This document shows, piece by piece, positions 56,117 to 64,000 of a stretch of DNA of 64,000 bases. How positions within the stretch are numbered: the stretch's first letter is position 1; each line of letters starts with the position of its first letter. This DNA is from an uncultured Acidobacteriota bacterium (GTDB lineage Bacteria > Acidobacteriota > B3-B38 > Guanabaribacteriales > CAZYAF01): assembly GCA_964645975.1 (NCBI GenBank), contig CAZYAF010000010.1, positions 67,682-131,681 of the forward strand, written 5' to 3'. Both the position numbers and the translations under genes were made by a program. The notes below the pieces were generated by a model, which saw only the letters and a list, made by a program, of their open reading frames with translations, was not told the DNA's origin and ran no database searches.

Positions 56117-57412
56117 ATGAGTAATAACAGCAATTTGGTCAAAGAAAATAATCCTCATAGATCTAAGAAAGAGATGATTGTCTTCATTTCTGTATTAGAC
56201 TTTCCAAATGGATTAGGTAATACCATGCGGATAAAAATGCTGGGAAAGGCCTTTCATAATATAGGTTATAACGTTAAGCTTCTCATACCATACGCACAAG
56301 GCTTAGTAAGCAAAGGATTGAATAAGCTTTCAGAGGGTGATTATGACGGTATTTCATTCAAGTTTTGCAATGGCAGTCCTGAGCCTCTCAAAGGAGTCTT
56401 ATCTTTGTTATATTACAATATTGTGGGACCATTGCTCGTGATTAAAGAAATAGTGCGATTAAATAGAAATACAAAAATAAAGTATTTATATCTTTACGCC
56501 ATACATGGTACTACCATCTATGATGATATACTTTATTTTCTTTTAGCCAAATGGATTAAAGCGCGGATAATAATTGATGTCAATGATACGCTACAGAGAA
56601 GTCTTGCAGAAAGAACAGATTTATCGCTTAAAAGATTTATTTTTAGAAGAGTAAAAGGATTTTTCATAAAAATTAAAGGCTCATTTATCATTTCACACTG
56701 TAATTATATATTTTATGTTTCCCCTTATCTAAAAAACCAAATTGAAAAAATTAAAAAACCTTCAATCCGAATGCTATTTGTGCCAATATTAATCGACTCT
56801 AAAATGATTCAGGGACTTAAGCGAGATGAGCAGAACGAAAGAAAGGTAATTACATATATTGGCAATTTTAGGGAATATGAAGGATTAGATTTTCTATTAG
56901 AATCTATAAAAGAATTAGTATTATTATATCCCAACTTTAACTGCTATCTGTATGGAGAAACTTTAAAAAACAAATACCAGGCACAAAATCTTAAAAGAAC
57001 GATTAATGAGTTAACACTCCAGGAACAAGTATTTGTTAAAAAGTCCGTTCCTCATGATAAATTATTTAAAATTTTGATAAATTCTGATGTCTTAGTAGTG
57101 CCTCGAAAATCAAGTGTTGTTACATTATCAGGATTTTCTCAAAAATTTGGTGATTATTTGCTATCGGGTGTTCCTGTTGTATCTACGAGAGTAGGTGAGA
57201 TCACGAACCTATTGCAAGATGAAGAACATATATTTTTTGTGGATGAAGGTAATCCGGAGGAATTTGCTCAGGCAATCTATAAGGTACTCAAAGAGAAAAA
57301 ACTAGCCCAGAAAGTAGGTCGTAAAGGGCAAAAATATGCGGTGGAAAATTTTGATTACAAAGTAATAGGAGCAAGGATTAAAAACTTTTTAGAGTTAAAA
57401 CATGCAGAATAA
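56117..57412 (+). CDS. GT4 family glycosyltransferase
   Basis: GT-B architecture. C-terminal GFSQKFGDYLLSGVPVVSTRVGE region. Confidence 0.65.
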   Translation: MSNNSNLVKENNPHRSKKEMIVFISVLDFPNGLGNTMRIKMLGKAFHNIGYNVKLLIPYAQGLVSKGLNKLSEGDYDGISFKFCNGSPEPLKGVLSLLYYNIVGPLLVIKEIVRLNRNTKIKYLYLYAIHGTTIYDDILYFLLAKWIKARIIIDVNDTLQRSLAERTDLSLKRFIFRRVKGFFIKIKGSFIISHCNYIFYVSPYLKNQIEKIKKPSIRMLFVPILIDSKMIQGLKRDEQNERKVITYIGNFREYEGLDFLLESIKELVLLYPNFNCYLYGETLKNKYQAQNLKRTINELTLQEQVFVKKSVPHDKLFKILINSDVLVVPRKSSVVTLSGFSQKFGDYLLSGVPVVSTRVGEITNLLQDEEHIFFVDEGNPEEFAQAIYKVLKEKKLAQKVGRKGQKYAVENFDYKVIGARIKNFLELKHAE

Positions 57413-58172
57413 AATTATCTGAGCAGTATATCTTATGACCGAAATAGTGGAAATTCTATCAAGTTGCTTTGTCTAAGCATATAGAGAATTAAGTTATATA
57501 AAAATATAGTTCATTTGATAAATGAGGATCGTAATCGCGTTATAGAAGTTTTATTTCAATAATTGGTTGCTAAAGATTACCTGAAAAAGTAAGCAAATAC
57601 TGATCCAGGGAAATTCTTATGAATTTTCTTAATTAATTGAACTTTTAAGCTCATCAGAATATGAGTTAAATTGAAATATATAAATCGAGCAATTCAATGA
57701 ATTGCATGTCTAATTATTATAAAAATTAGAAAGATATTTAGCATAATATTTTTTGTGCTGCTAATCTTGGGTAAGCAGGAAAAGTGCATAAAGACCTTGT
57801 TAGCAAAAAAGGAATTTTAAAAAAAGCCCCAGATGTGAGGCTTCGCCACTGGATTTTGAAAATATTACCGATAATTTTGCCCAGTGTTTTATGGCAATAT
57901 CGTGCACCCAAAATATTTTTGGCGGAAGAAATTCAAAGAATATGGCTTTGGGTATTTAGGCAACCTCAACTCTTTCATCAAAAGGACTTGTATTGAACTA
58001 GACCCCCAAGATAGGTGGTTTTTTCGATTACTTCTTAAGTTTGAGTATTTAGGAAGAATAGCATATCGCTTTTTAGCTGTAAAACTACTGGGAACTTTAA
58101 TATTTAAAAGAGTTAAATCTACAAGCAATGATAAATTAAAAAATTATTAATTTATATGTTTATAAGGTCCTA

Positions 58173-59168
58173 ATGAAGATTTGCATGATTGGAAAATATT
58201 CTGGCAACCGAGAAGATGAAGGTGTGCGGAATAGCATATATACTTTATATAATCGGTTATCAAACAGGCATGAAATATTGATGTTAAATTTACATGATAG
58301 GAAGAATTTCTATAGGAATTGCTGGAGTCAAATTAGAGCATTTAATCCGCAGATAATTCATTATTTTCATGGACCAACCCTCAGAAGTTTCATACTATCA
58401 AAGTTATTAAGTCTATTTGCAGATAATACGAAAACAATACTGTCAGCTATGAATCCTCGGATAAATAGCTATTCCAAATATGTCGTTCCATTATTTAAAC
58501 CTGATATTATTTTGACCCAGTCATTGAAGACGAGAAGGCTGTTTGAGCAAATGGGCTTAAAAACTGATTTCTTATCTTCTGGTGTTGATTTAAAACAATT
58601 TAGCCCGGTGTCTAATGATGATAAAGAAAAATTAAGAAGAAAATATGGGATCAATAGTAATCAGTTTATAGTATTGCATGTAGGAGCGATTAGAAAAAAG
58701 AGAAATGTAGAAATATTTTCAGAAATACAAAAGATTAAAGAATATCAGGTTATTATAGTAGGGAGTGCTTCATTATCGGCGGAGAAAAATATTATAAAAA
58801 GGCTTGCTCAAAGCGGTTGTATTATATGGAAGAGAATGTTTGATCGCATTGATGAGATATATAAATTATCAGATTGCTATGTTTTCCCAACAAAAGGAAG
58901 CAGAGGCAGTATTGAGATTCCATTGAGTGTTTTAGAAGCGATGGCATGTAATATTCCAGTTATATCAACAAGATATGGAGCTTTGGAGGAAATTATCACC
59001 GAAGGTGATGGATTCTTCTTTGCTGAAACTTTTGATGATATAAAAAAGCATTTAGAAAGCATTTATAATGGTATTAAAGTGAATACAAGAAAAAAGGTGC
59101 TAAATTACTCATGGGAGAACATAGGAAAGGATTTGCTAAGTAAATATGAATCTCTCATTATTCAATAA
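58173..59168 (+). CDS. GT4 family glycosyltransferase
   Basis: EAMACNIPVISTRYGALEEII is the GT-B C-terminal donor-binding region. Confidence 0.65.
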   Translation: MKICMIGKYSGNREDEGVRNSIYTLYNRLSNRHEILMLNLHDRKNFYRNCWSQIRAFNPQIIHYFHGPTLRSFILSKLLSLFADNTKTILSAMNPRINSYSKYVVPLFKPDIILTQSLKTRRLFEQMGLKTDFLSSGVDLKQFSPVSNDDKEKLRRKYGINSNQFIVLHVGAIRKKRNVEIFSEIQKIKEYQVIIVGSASLSAEKNIIKRLAQSGCIIWKRMFDRIDEIYKLSDCYVFPTKGSRGSIEIPLSVLEAMACNIPVISTRYGALEEIITEGDGFFFAETFDDIKKHLESIYNGIKVNTRKKVLNYSWENIGKDLLSKYESLIIQ

Positions 59169-59203
59169 TATTTAGTTTAATGGATAAGGGATAAAAGCAA
59201 TTA

Positions 59204-59881
59204 ATGAAGAAGAGAGGTTATTTTATTTGTTTTTCAGGTATAGATGGTTCTGGTAAGACCACGCTTGCTAAAAGATTAGAAAATACTATGCAGAATGTTT
59301 GTATTGATTTTAAATATAAGTATAGTAATTATGAGCCATTCATTATTAAACTCTTTAAGATAATCGGAAAGTTATTATTTCTAAAAGAAAGGGATTCTGC
59401 TAAGAATTATCAGCAATATTGTAATGGGAAAAGAAAAAGTTTTAAAAAACATTCCTTTCTTACCTGGTTATATAGAAGCATTCATTTTATAGATTATTTT
59501 TTGCAGATACTTTTTAAAATATCTATCCCATTAACCATAGGCAGAAATATCATAAGCGATAGGTATTTCTATGATGTTATCATTAACTACTCATTTAATT
59601 ATAATTACACTTTTGAGAAAATAGATGAAACGATTAAAAGCTATCTCAGATTTTTCCCGAAACCCGATCTACTTTTTTTTATAGAAGTACCAGAAGACGT
59701 TGCGTTTAAAAGGAAGGATGATACTCCTACTCTTGAGTATTTAAAAGATCGTAAAGCAATTTATAGAGAATTAAGCAAAAAATATAGCATCCCTATGTTA
59801 GATGGAACAACTAATTTGGACAATTTATTGAATAAAATAGGTGAACAAGCAATAAAAAACTATAAACACTTGCGGGAGTAA
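59204..59881 (+). CDS. Thymidylate-kinase-like P-loop nucleotide kinase
   Basis: P-loop FSGIDGSGKTTLAKRL. DRYFYDV is a DRY-type motif. Confidence 0.5.
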   Translation: MKKRGYFICFSGIDGSGKTTLAKRLENTMQNVCIDFKYKYSNYEPFIIKLFKIIGKLLFLKERDSAKNYQQYCNGKRKSFKKHSFLTWLYRSIHFIDYFLQILFKISIPLTIGRNIISDRYFYDVIINYSFNYNYTFEKIDETIKSYLRFFPKPDLLFFIEVPEDVAFKRKDDTPTLEYLKDRKAIYRELSKKYSIPMLDGTTNLDNLLNKIGEQAIKNYKHLRE

Positions 59882-59885
59882 ATAA

Positions 59886-61544
59886 TTGTCTTCAAAAGCA
59901 GACAAACTGAAATTATTAGTTATAGGTCTTGATGGAGCCACGTTCAATATTATAAATCCGCTTATTAATAAAGGTGTGCTACCAAACCTCAAGTATCTTA
60001 TTGATAATGGTTGTTCGGGAGTACTAAAATCAACTATCCCGCCTCTTTCTCCTCCAGCATGGATTACCTTTCTCACCGGGAGCAATCCAGCAAAACATGG
60101 AATCTTTGGTTTTAGAACCTATGACCTTTCAAAATATACTTGTTTTGCAGAAAAATTCATCACATCAAAAAGTTATGCTGGAAACACTATAGTAGATATT
60201 TTAGGAAATGCTTATAGAATAGCATCACTCTCTGTCCCCATGACATTCCCACCATGGGAAATTAATGGACATATGATTTCAGGATTTCCAGCACCTGATT
60301 TTAAAATTTATTCCTATCCTCCAGAATTAAATCGTGAATTAGGTATAAAAGTGTTAAGTGCCTCTGGGAACTATCACACCAAGAGTACATCAAAAAAAAT
60401 GAGATTAACATTCGAAATATTAAAGAATAGAAAAGAATTAGCCTTAAAGTATTTAAAAAGCAATGAATATGATGTCATCTTTATCGTGTTTAACAATACT
60501 GACGATGTTAATCATCATTTCTTGCGTTTTATTGATAAGACTAATCCTCATTATACAGATTCAGAACACAAACGATATGGTAATACTGTAGAACAAATCT
60601 ATATGAAATGTGATGAAGCAATCGGTGAATTTTTTGAATACCTATCAGACGATTGTATCATCATGATTATGTCTGATCATGGGGGAGAACCTACTCCTAA
60701 AAAATACTTTAATACTAATAGATGGTTAAAAGAAATAAAACTTTTAGAAATGAAAGAAGATGCTTTTTCTTCATTTCATTCTTTCAGGCGAAAGACCGTT
60801 TTTTATTTGAAAGATCATATCCCATTTAAGGAGAATATAAGAAGAATATTACCTGAAAAGATGCTTGCTAAGATGAGCGCATCCATACAAAATACAAATT
60901 TGATTAATTGGAATAAAACATATGCTTATAGAGTTCCCATGATCTATCCTTTTGATGGTATAAATATAAATCTTTTGGGTAGACAATCCTTGGGTATAGT
61001 AAAAGATGAAAAAGAATACGAGGAAACAAGGGCATTTATCATAAAAAAGATTGAATCTCTGAATCAGCTTAATGATTTTAAAATAGTCGATAAGGTATAT
61101 AAAAAAGAAGAGATTTATAATGGTCAATACCTGAATAATGCTCCCGATTTAGTATTGCACCTTTGTGATGGAATCATGGGCGGTAATTATTTGGATAAAG
61201 AAATTATAAGCCTGGTGGAAAGTTCTTATCTAAAAGTATGGGGTGGTATTCATAATATGAATGGTATTTTTATTTCCACAGGATCATCCATAAAGCAAGG
61301 AGTTGAGATAAAAGATGCAAAAATTGCCGATATTGCACCAACCATATTATATTCTTTAAAAATGTCTATACCTGACTATATGGATGGGAATGTTTTAAAA
61401 GGCATCTTTACAAAAGAATTTACTCAAAACAACCCTATCATTAGGAAAAAAGCTGAATATATCTCAAAAGATAAATCTTATGCTCTAGCCGAAGAAGAAG
61501 AAAAGAAGATGAAAGAAAACTTGAAGGGTATGGGATATCTATGA
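59886..61544 (+). CDS. Alkaline-phosphatase-superfamily protein (type I phosphodiesterase/nucleotide pyrophosphatase-like)
   Basis: LLVIGLDGATFNIINP N-terminal metal-site motif. MSDHGG later. Confidence 0.6.
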   Translation: MSSKADKLKLLVIGLDGATFNIINPLINKGVLPNLKYLIDNGCSGVLKSTIPPLSPPAWITFLTGSNPAKHGIFGFRTYDLSKYTCFAEKFITSKSYAGNTIVDILGNAYRIASLSVPMTFPPWEINGHMISGFPAPDFKIYSYPPELNRELGIKVLSASGNYHTKSTSKKMRLTFEILKNRKELALKYLKSNEYDVIFIVFNNTDDVNHHFLRFIDKTNPHYTDSEHKRYGNTVEQIYMKCDEAIGEFFEYLSDDCIIMIMSDHGGEPTPKKYFNTNRWLKEIKLLEMKEDAFSSFHSFRRKTVFYLKDHIPFKENIRRILPEKMLAKMSASIQNTNLINWNKTYAYRVPMIYPFDGININLLGRQSLGIVKDEKEYEETRAFIIKKIESLNQLNDFKIVDKVYKKEEIYNGQYLNNAPDLVLHLCDGIMGGNYLDKEIISLVESSYLKVWGGIHNMNGIFISTGSSIKQGVEIKDAKIADIAPTILYSLKMSIPDYMDGNVLKGIFTKEFTQNNPIIRKKAEYISKDKSYALAEEEEKKMKENLKGMGYL

Positions 61545-61556
61545 ACCTGAGGAGTT

Positions 61557-62648
61557 ATGTCCGAGAAATCTTTTAAGAATGATTTACTTCTATTAATCAG
61601 GATTATTGGATCACCATTTTTTTTTCGTTCAAATCGAGAAAAATTTACAGAAGCCAAAGAACTTTATAATCTTGCCTTTAAAAATAGAGTCGCTCTTCTT
61701 TACCTGTATACACTCAAAAAAAATAGAAAGTTAAATAAATTACAACCACAATATGAGCAGCTTGAATATCGATCACAAGAAACTTTAGCCACTGCAGCAC
61801 GAATAGCAAAAGTACTTAACGAGGCTCAGATAGAATATGCAATCCTTAAAACTATTCGTCCTTACCCAGCAACTCCCAATGATACGGACATAATTTGCTT
61901 AGAACCAAATGACAAATATAAAGATGCTCTGGTTTTATTAATGAAGTCAGGTTATAGTAAATTGGGCGAAACAGCAATGCAAGTTCTTTTATCAGATCCA
62001 AGAGGAGCAGGAATTGCTAAAGGAGATAAAAGTGGAGGGATTTATTATATAGATTTTTATAAACAATTGGCAGTAGATTATATTATCTATGTAAGCAAAA
62101 AGAAGCTAAGCAAGCATCTTATCTCGATTGAGGTCGCTGGTTATAATAAGGTAAAGGTGTTGCGTCCTGAAGCTGAGTTAGCTGTTATACTTATGCATTC
62201 TGTTTTTCCTGAAATGACCTATGCATTAGAAAATTTTTTCACCACACTGCACTATTTTAGAGATTGGGAAGAGATGAATTTTGAATGGTTTGTTAAGTTT
62301 ATCAAGAATAATTATATTACATTACCTTTAAGAGCAAACCTTTCTGTAACGGCATTTTTGCATATGGAAGCATTTGGTAATATCCCAGAAAAATTGCTTC
62401 ATATTCTTGATAGATTGGGAGGTATATACTGGTCTGAGATTAAAAGAATTAAGAAAAAACAATTTAGTTTACCATTTAAATTTTCCTTTACAACATTTCT
62501 AAAATCATTTTCATGTAAACTAGTTGAGCTCAGTACTTTTAATAGTTTAATAGTACAATTTTTGCATATGTTAAACCCATTTTTCACATTGGATGTATTG
62601 AAAAGTCTCCATAACCGATTAAAAAAAGAAACCTATAAACATATGTAG
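61557..62648 (+). CDS. Hypothetical protein
   Basis: 363-aa ORF inside the glycosyltransferase block with no recognisable motif. Possibly a nucleotidyltransferase-fold protein (weak). Confidence 0.35.
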   Translation: MSEKSFKNDLLLLIRIIGSPFFFRSNREKFTEAKELYNLAFKNRVALLYLYTLKKNRKLNKLQPQYEQLEYRSQETLATAARIAKVLNEAQIEYAILKTIRPYPATPNDTDIICLEPNDKYKDALVLLMKSGYSKLGETAMQVLLSDPRGAGIAKGDKSGGIYYIDFYKQLAVDYIIYVSKKKLSKHLISIEVAGYNKVKVLRPEAELAVILMHSVFPEMTYALENFFTTLHYFRDWEEMNFEWFVKFIKNNYITLPLRANLSVTAFLHMEAFGNIPEKLLHILDRLGGIYWSEIKRIKKKQFSLPFKFSFTTFLKSFSCKLVELSTFNSLIVQFLHMLNPFFTLDVLKSLHNRLKKETYKHM

Positions 62649-62654
62649 TTTGCT

Positions 62655-63854
62655 GTGAACGTTCTTTTTCTTGACTATATCAAAGAAGAAATTGGTGGGG
62701 GACACTTTGTATTAGCTCGACTTGCCAACTATTTTCAGAAAAATCCCTACTTAGAAGTAACGCCCATTGTGTTTTTAAATAATTATAATAGATTTATTGA
62801 TAGATTTATAGATGGCAAAGTTGCTATTTATGAATATAAAATACCTAATAAAATTCTCAGCCTCGATAGAAATATTACTAAATTTAAGGCATTTATGCAT
62901 AGTTGGTTTCTTATAGTATTTTGGTTTCGGTTTAGCAAAATACTTATTCAATATTGTAAGAAAAATGAGATTGATATTATTCATGTCAATAGTATGAGAG
63001 TTTTTATATTATCCTCTATTTCCTCTATATTTTTTAAAAAAACTAAAGTTGTTTTTCATCTACATGATGCTCTTATCTCCCAAGAAAAAGGCGGGAATGT
63101 TAACCAGCTCGCGTCGAAGCTAGTTGTATTCTGTATTAAATATTTTGCAGATAAAGTTATAGCAGTTTCCAAATTCGTCAAAGATTCAGTATTAGAAAGA
63201 GGCATAAAGAAACATTTAGAAAAAAAAGTACATGTTATCCATAATGGAGTAGAACTATGTTTTTCAAAAAATAGTGATTCATCAATAGATAAGAAGAGAA
63301 TAAAAAACGAAATAAAGCTATTAAGCTTCGGTGTCCTTAGCGAAAGGAAAGGATTTCATCTTAGTATTGAGGCAGTACATTTGCTCAAGCAGCATTATTC
63401 TATGAACATAGAATATAAAATATTAGGCGATGGTCATTACAAACCAAAACTGATTGATTTAACAAAAAAGTTTGGTCTTCAAAAAGAAGTAGAATTTTTA
63501 GGGTTTAAAAAAGATGTTCATCCTTATATCAAACAGGCTGATCTCATAATTATACCATCAGTGTGGCAAGATCCTTTACCATTAACAGTGATCGAATCAA
63601 TGCAAGACCAAAAAGTAGTTATTGCTACAAATGTAGGTGGAATTCCAGAAATGATAGATGACGGTATTAATGGCTTTTTAGTTCCACTAGAAAATGCGCC
63701 AGAAGAAATTGCAAAAAAGGTGGCCCATTTTGCAGCACATCCTGAATTAATGGAAAAAGTAGCTAAAAAGGCTGCTCAACGGGTTAAAGAGTATTTTAAT
63801 ATTGAAAGGATGGCTCGAGAGATCGCTCAAATATATTTATCAGTAATATGTTGA
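62655..63854 (+). CDS. GT4 family glycosyltransferase
   Basis: VIATNVGGIPEMIDDGINGFLV is the EX7E-type motif region. Confidence 0.7.
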   Translation: MNVLFLDYIKEEIGGGHFVLARLANYFQKNPYLEVTPIVFLNNYNRFIDRFIDGKVAIYEYKIPNKILSLDRNITKFKAFMHSWFLIVFWFRFSKILIQYCKKNEIDIIHVNSMRVFILSSISSIFFKKTKVVFHLHDALISQEKGGNVNQLASKLVVFCIKYFADKVIAVSKFVKDSVLERGIKKHLEKKVHVIHNGVELCFSKNSDSSIDKKRIKNEIKLLSFGVLSERKGFHLSIEAVHLLKQHYSMNIEYKILGDGHYKPKLIDLTKKFGLQKEVEFLGFKKDVHPYIKQADLIIIPSVWQDPLPLTVIESMQDQKVVIATNVGGIPEMIDDGINGFLVPLENAPEEIAKKVAHFAAHPELMEKVAKKAAQRVKEYFNIERMAREIAQIYLSVIC

Positions 63855-63893
63855 AATCAGTTTTTCCATAAATACTTTCATGAGAGATTCATC

Positions 63894-64000
63894 ATGAAGG
63901 TTCTTCTATTAAATCCCCCCTTTAAAACAGAATATGGTCGTTTCTCTAGGACTTCAAGAAGTCCAGCTATTTCTAAGGGCGGTACTATATATTATCCCTT
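63894..64000 (+). CDS. B12-binding radical SAM protein, 5' partial (truncated by the window edge)
   Basis: N-terminus MKVLLLNPPFKTEYGRFSRTSRSPAISKGG parallels MKILLLNPPSKDNKKFIREGRC of the gene at 16225. Confidence 0.5.
   Translation, partial: MKVLLLNPPFKTEYGRFSRTSRSPAISKGGTIYYP

Noticed and set aside
1-64000. CRISPR arrays, transposases/IS elements, toxin-antitoxin pairs, restriction-modification genes
   Set aside because: I looked for direct-repeat/spacer periodicity, DDE/HUH or integrase motifs, and small paired ORFs and found none. The only repeats found are the heptamer array, the gene-end direct repeats and the paralog array.

Overview
This window is a low-GC (about 35-40%) bacterial contig, probably from an uncultured lineage, with a noticeably GC-richer left end from position 1 to about 7000.

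Gene content from left to right:
- Three secreted hydrolase-type genes: an amidohydrolase, a serine beta-lactamase-fold protein with TPR repeats, and a BNR/Asp-box (sortilin-like) protein.
- A classic periplasmic alpha-2-macroglobulin plus PBP1C pair at 7254-15237.
- A compact four-gene operon at 15475-21055: a Dpm1/ArnC-like GT2, a B12-binding radical SAM enzyme, a NodU/CmcH carbamoyltransferase and a GT39/PMT-like GT-C membrane transferase.
- Directly downstream, a tandem array of mucin-like Ser/Thr-rich secreted paralogs (three intact, one decayed) with hypervariable Cys-rich C-terminal domains, followed by a second GT-C membrane protein.
- A PKD-domain lipoprotein.
- A truncated tRNA-Arg(ACG) 3' half that looks like an att-site remnant.
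- A membrane-anchored HTH-TolB_N-TPR regulator with a consensus promoter, operator-like direct repeats and a hairpin-terminated leader.
- From about 31 kb to the end, a large Wzx/Wzy-type exopolysaccharide locus.

The exopolysaccharide locus encodes an outer-membrane beta-barrel protein, a Wza 3' remnant, a Wzc BY-kinase with a poly-Tyr tail, a PHP phosphatase, Wzy-like membrane proteins, two tandem UpxY/LoaP-like NusG paralogs and a Wzx flippase. It also encodes a sulfotransferase, several GT2/GT4 glycosyltransferases, nucleotide-sugar enzymes (WecB-, RmlD- and FdtA-like, epimerases), SAM methyltransferases, a Tmk-like kinase plus an AlkP-family enzyme, and a second B12 radical SAM gene cut by the window edge.

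I rank three findings highest. First, the putative lipid-linked glycan decoration/transfer system sitting beside its likely Ser/Thr-rich substrates. Second, two independent methyltransferase cassettes, each bracketed by a roughly 150-bp direct repeat of the 3' end of the upstream gene, which look like recombination scars; the second cassette also carries an extra gene-end remnant. Third, the partial tRNA.

All calls come from reading motifs in the supplied translations and sequence. No database searches were run.
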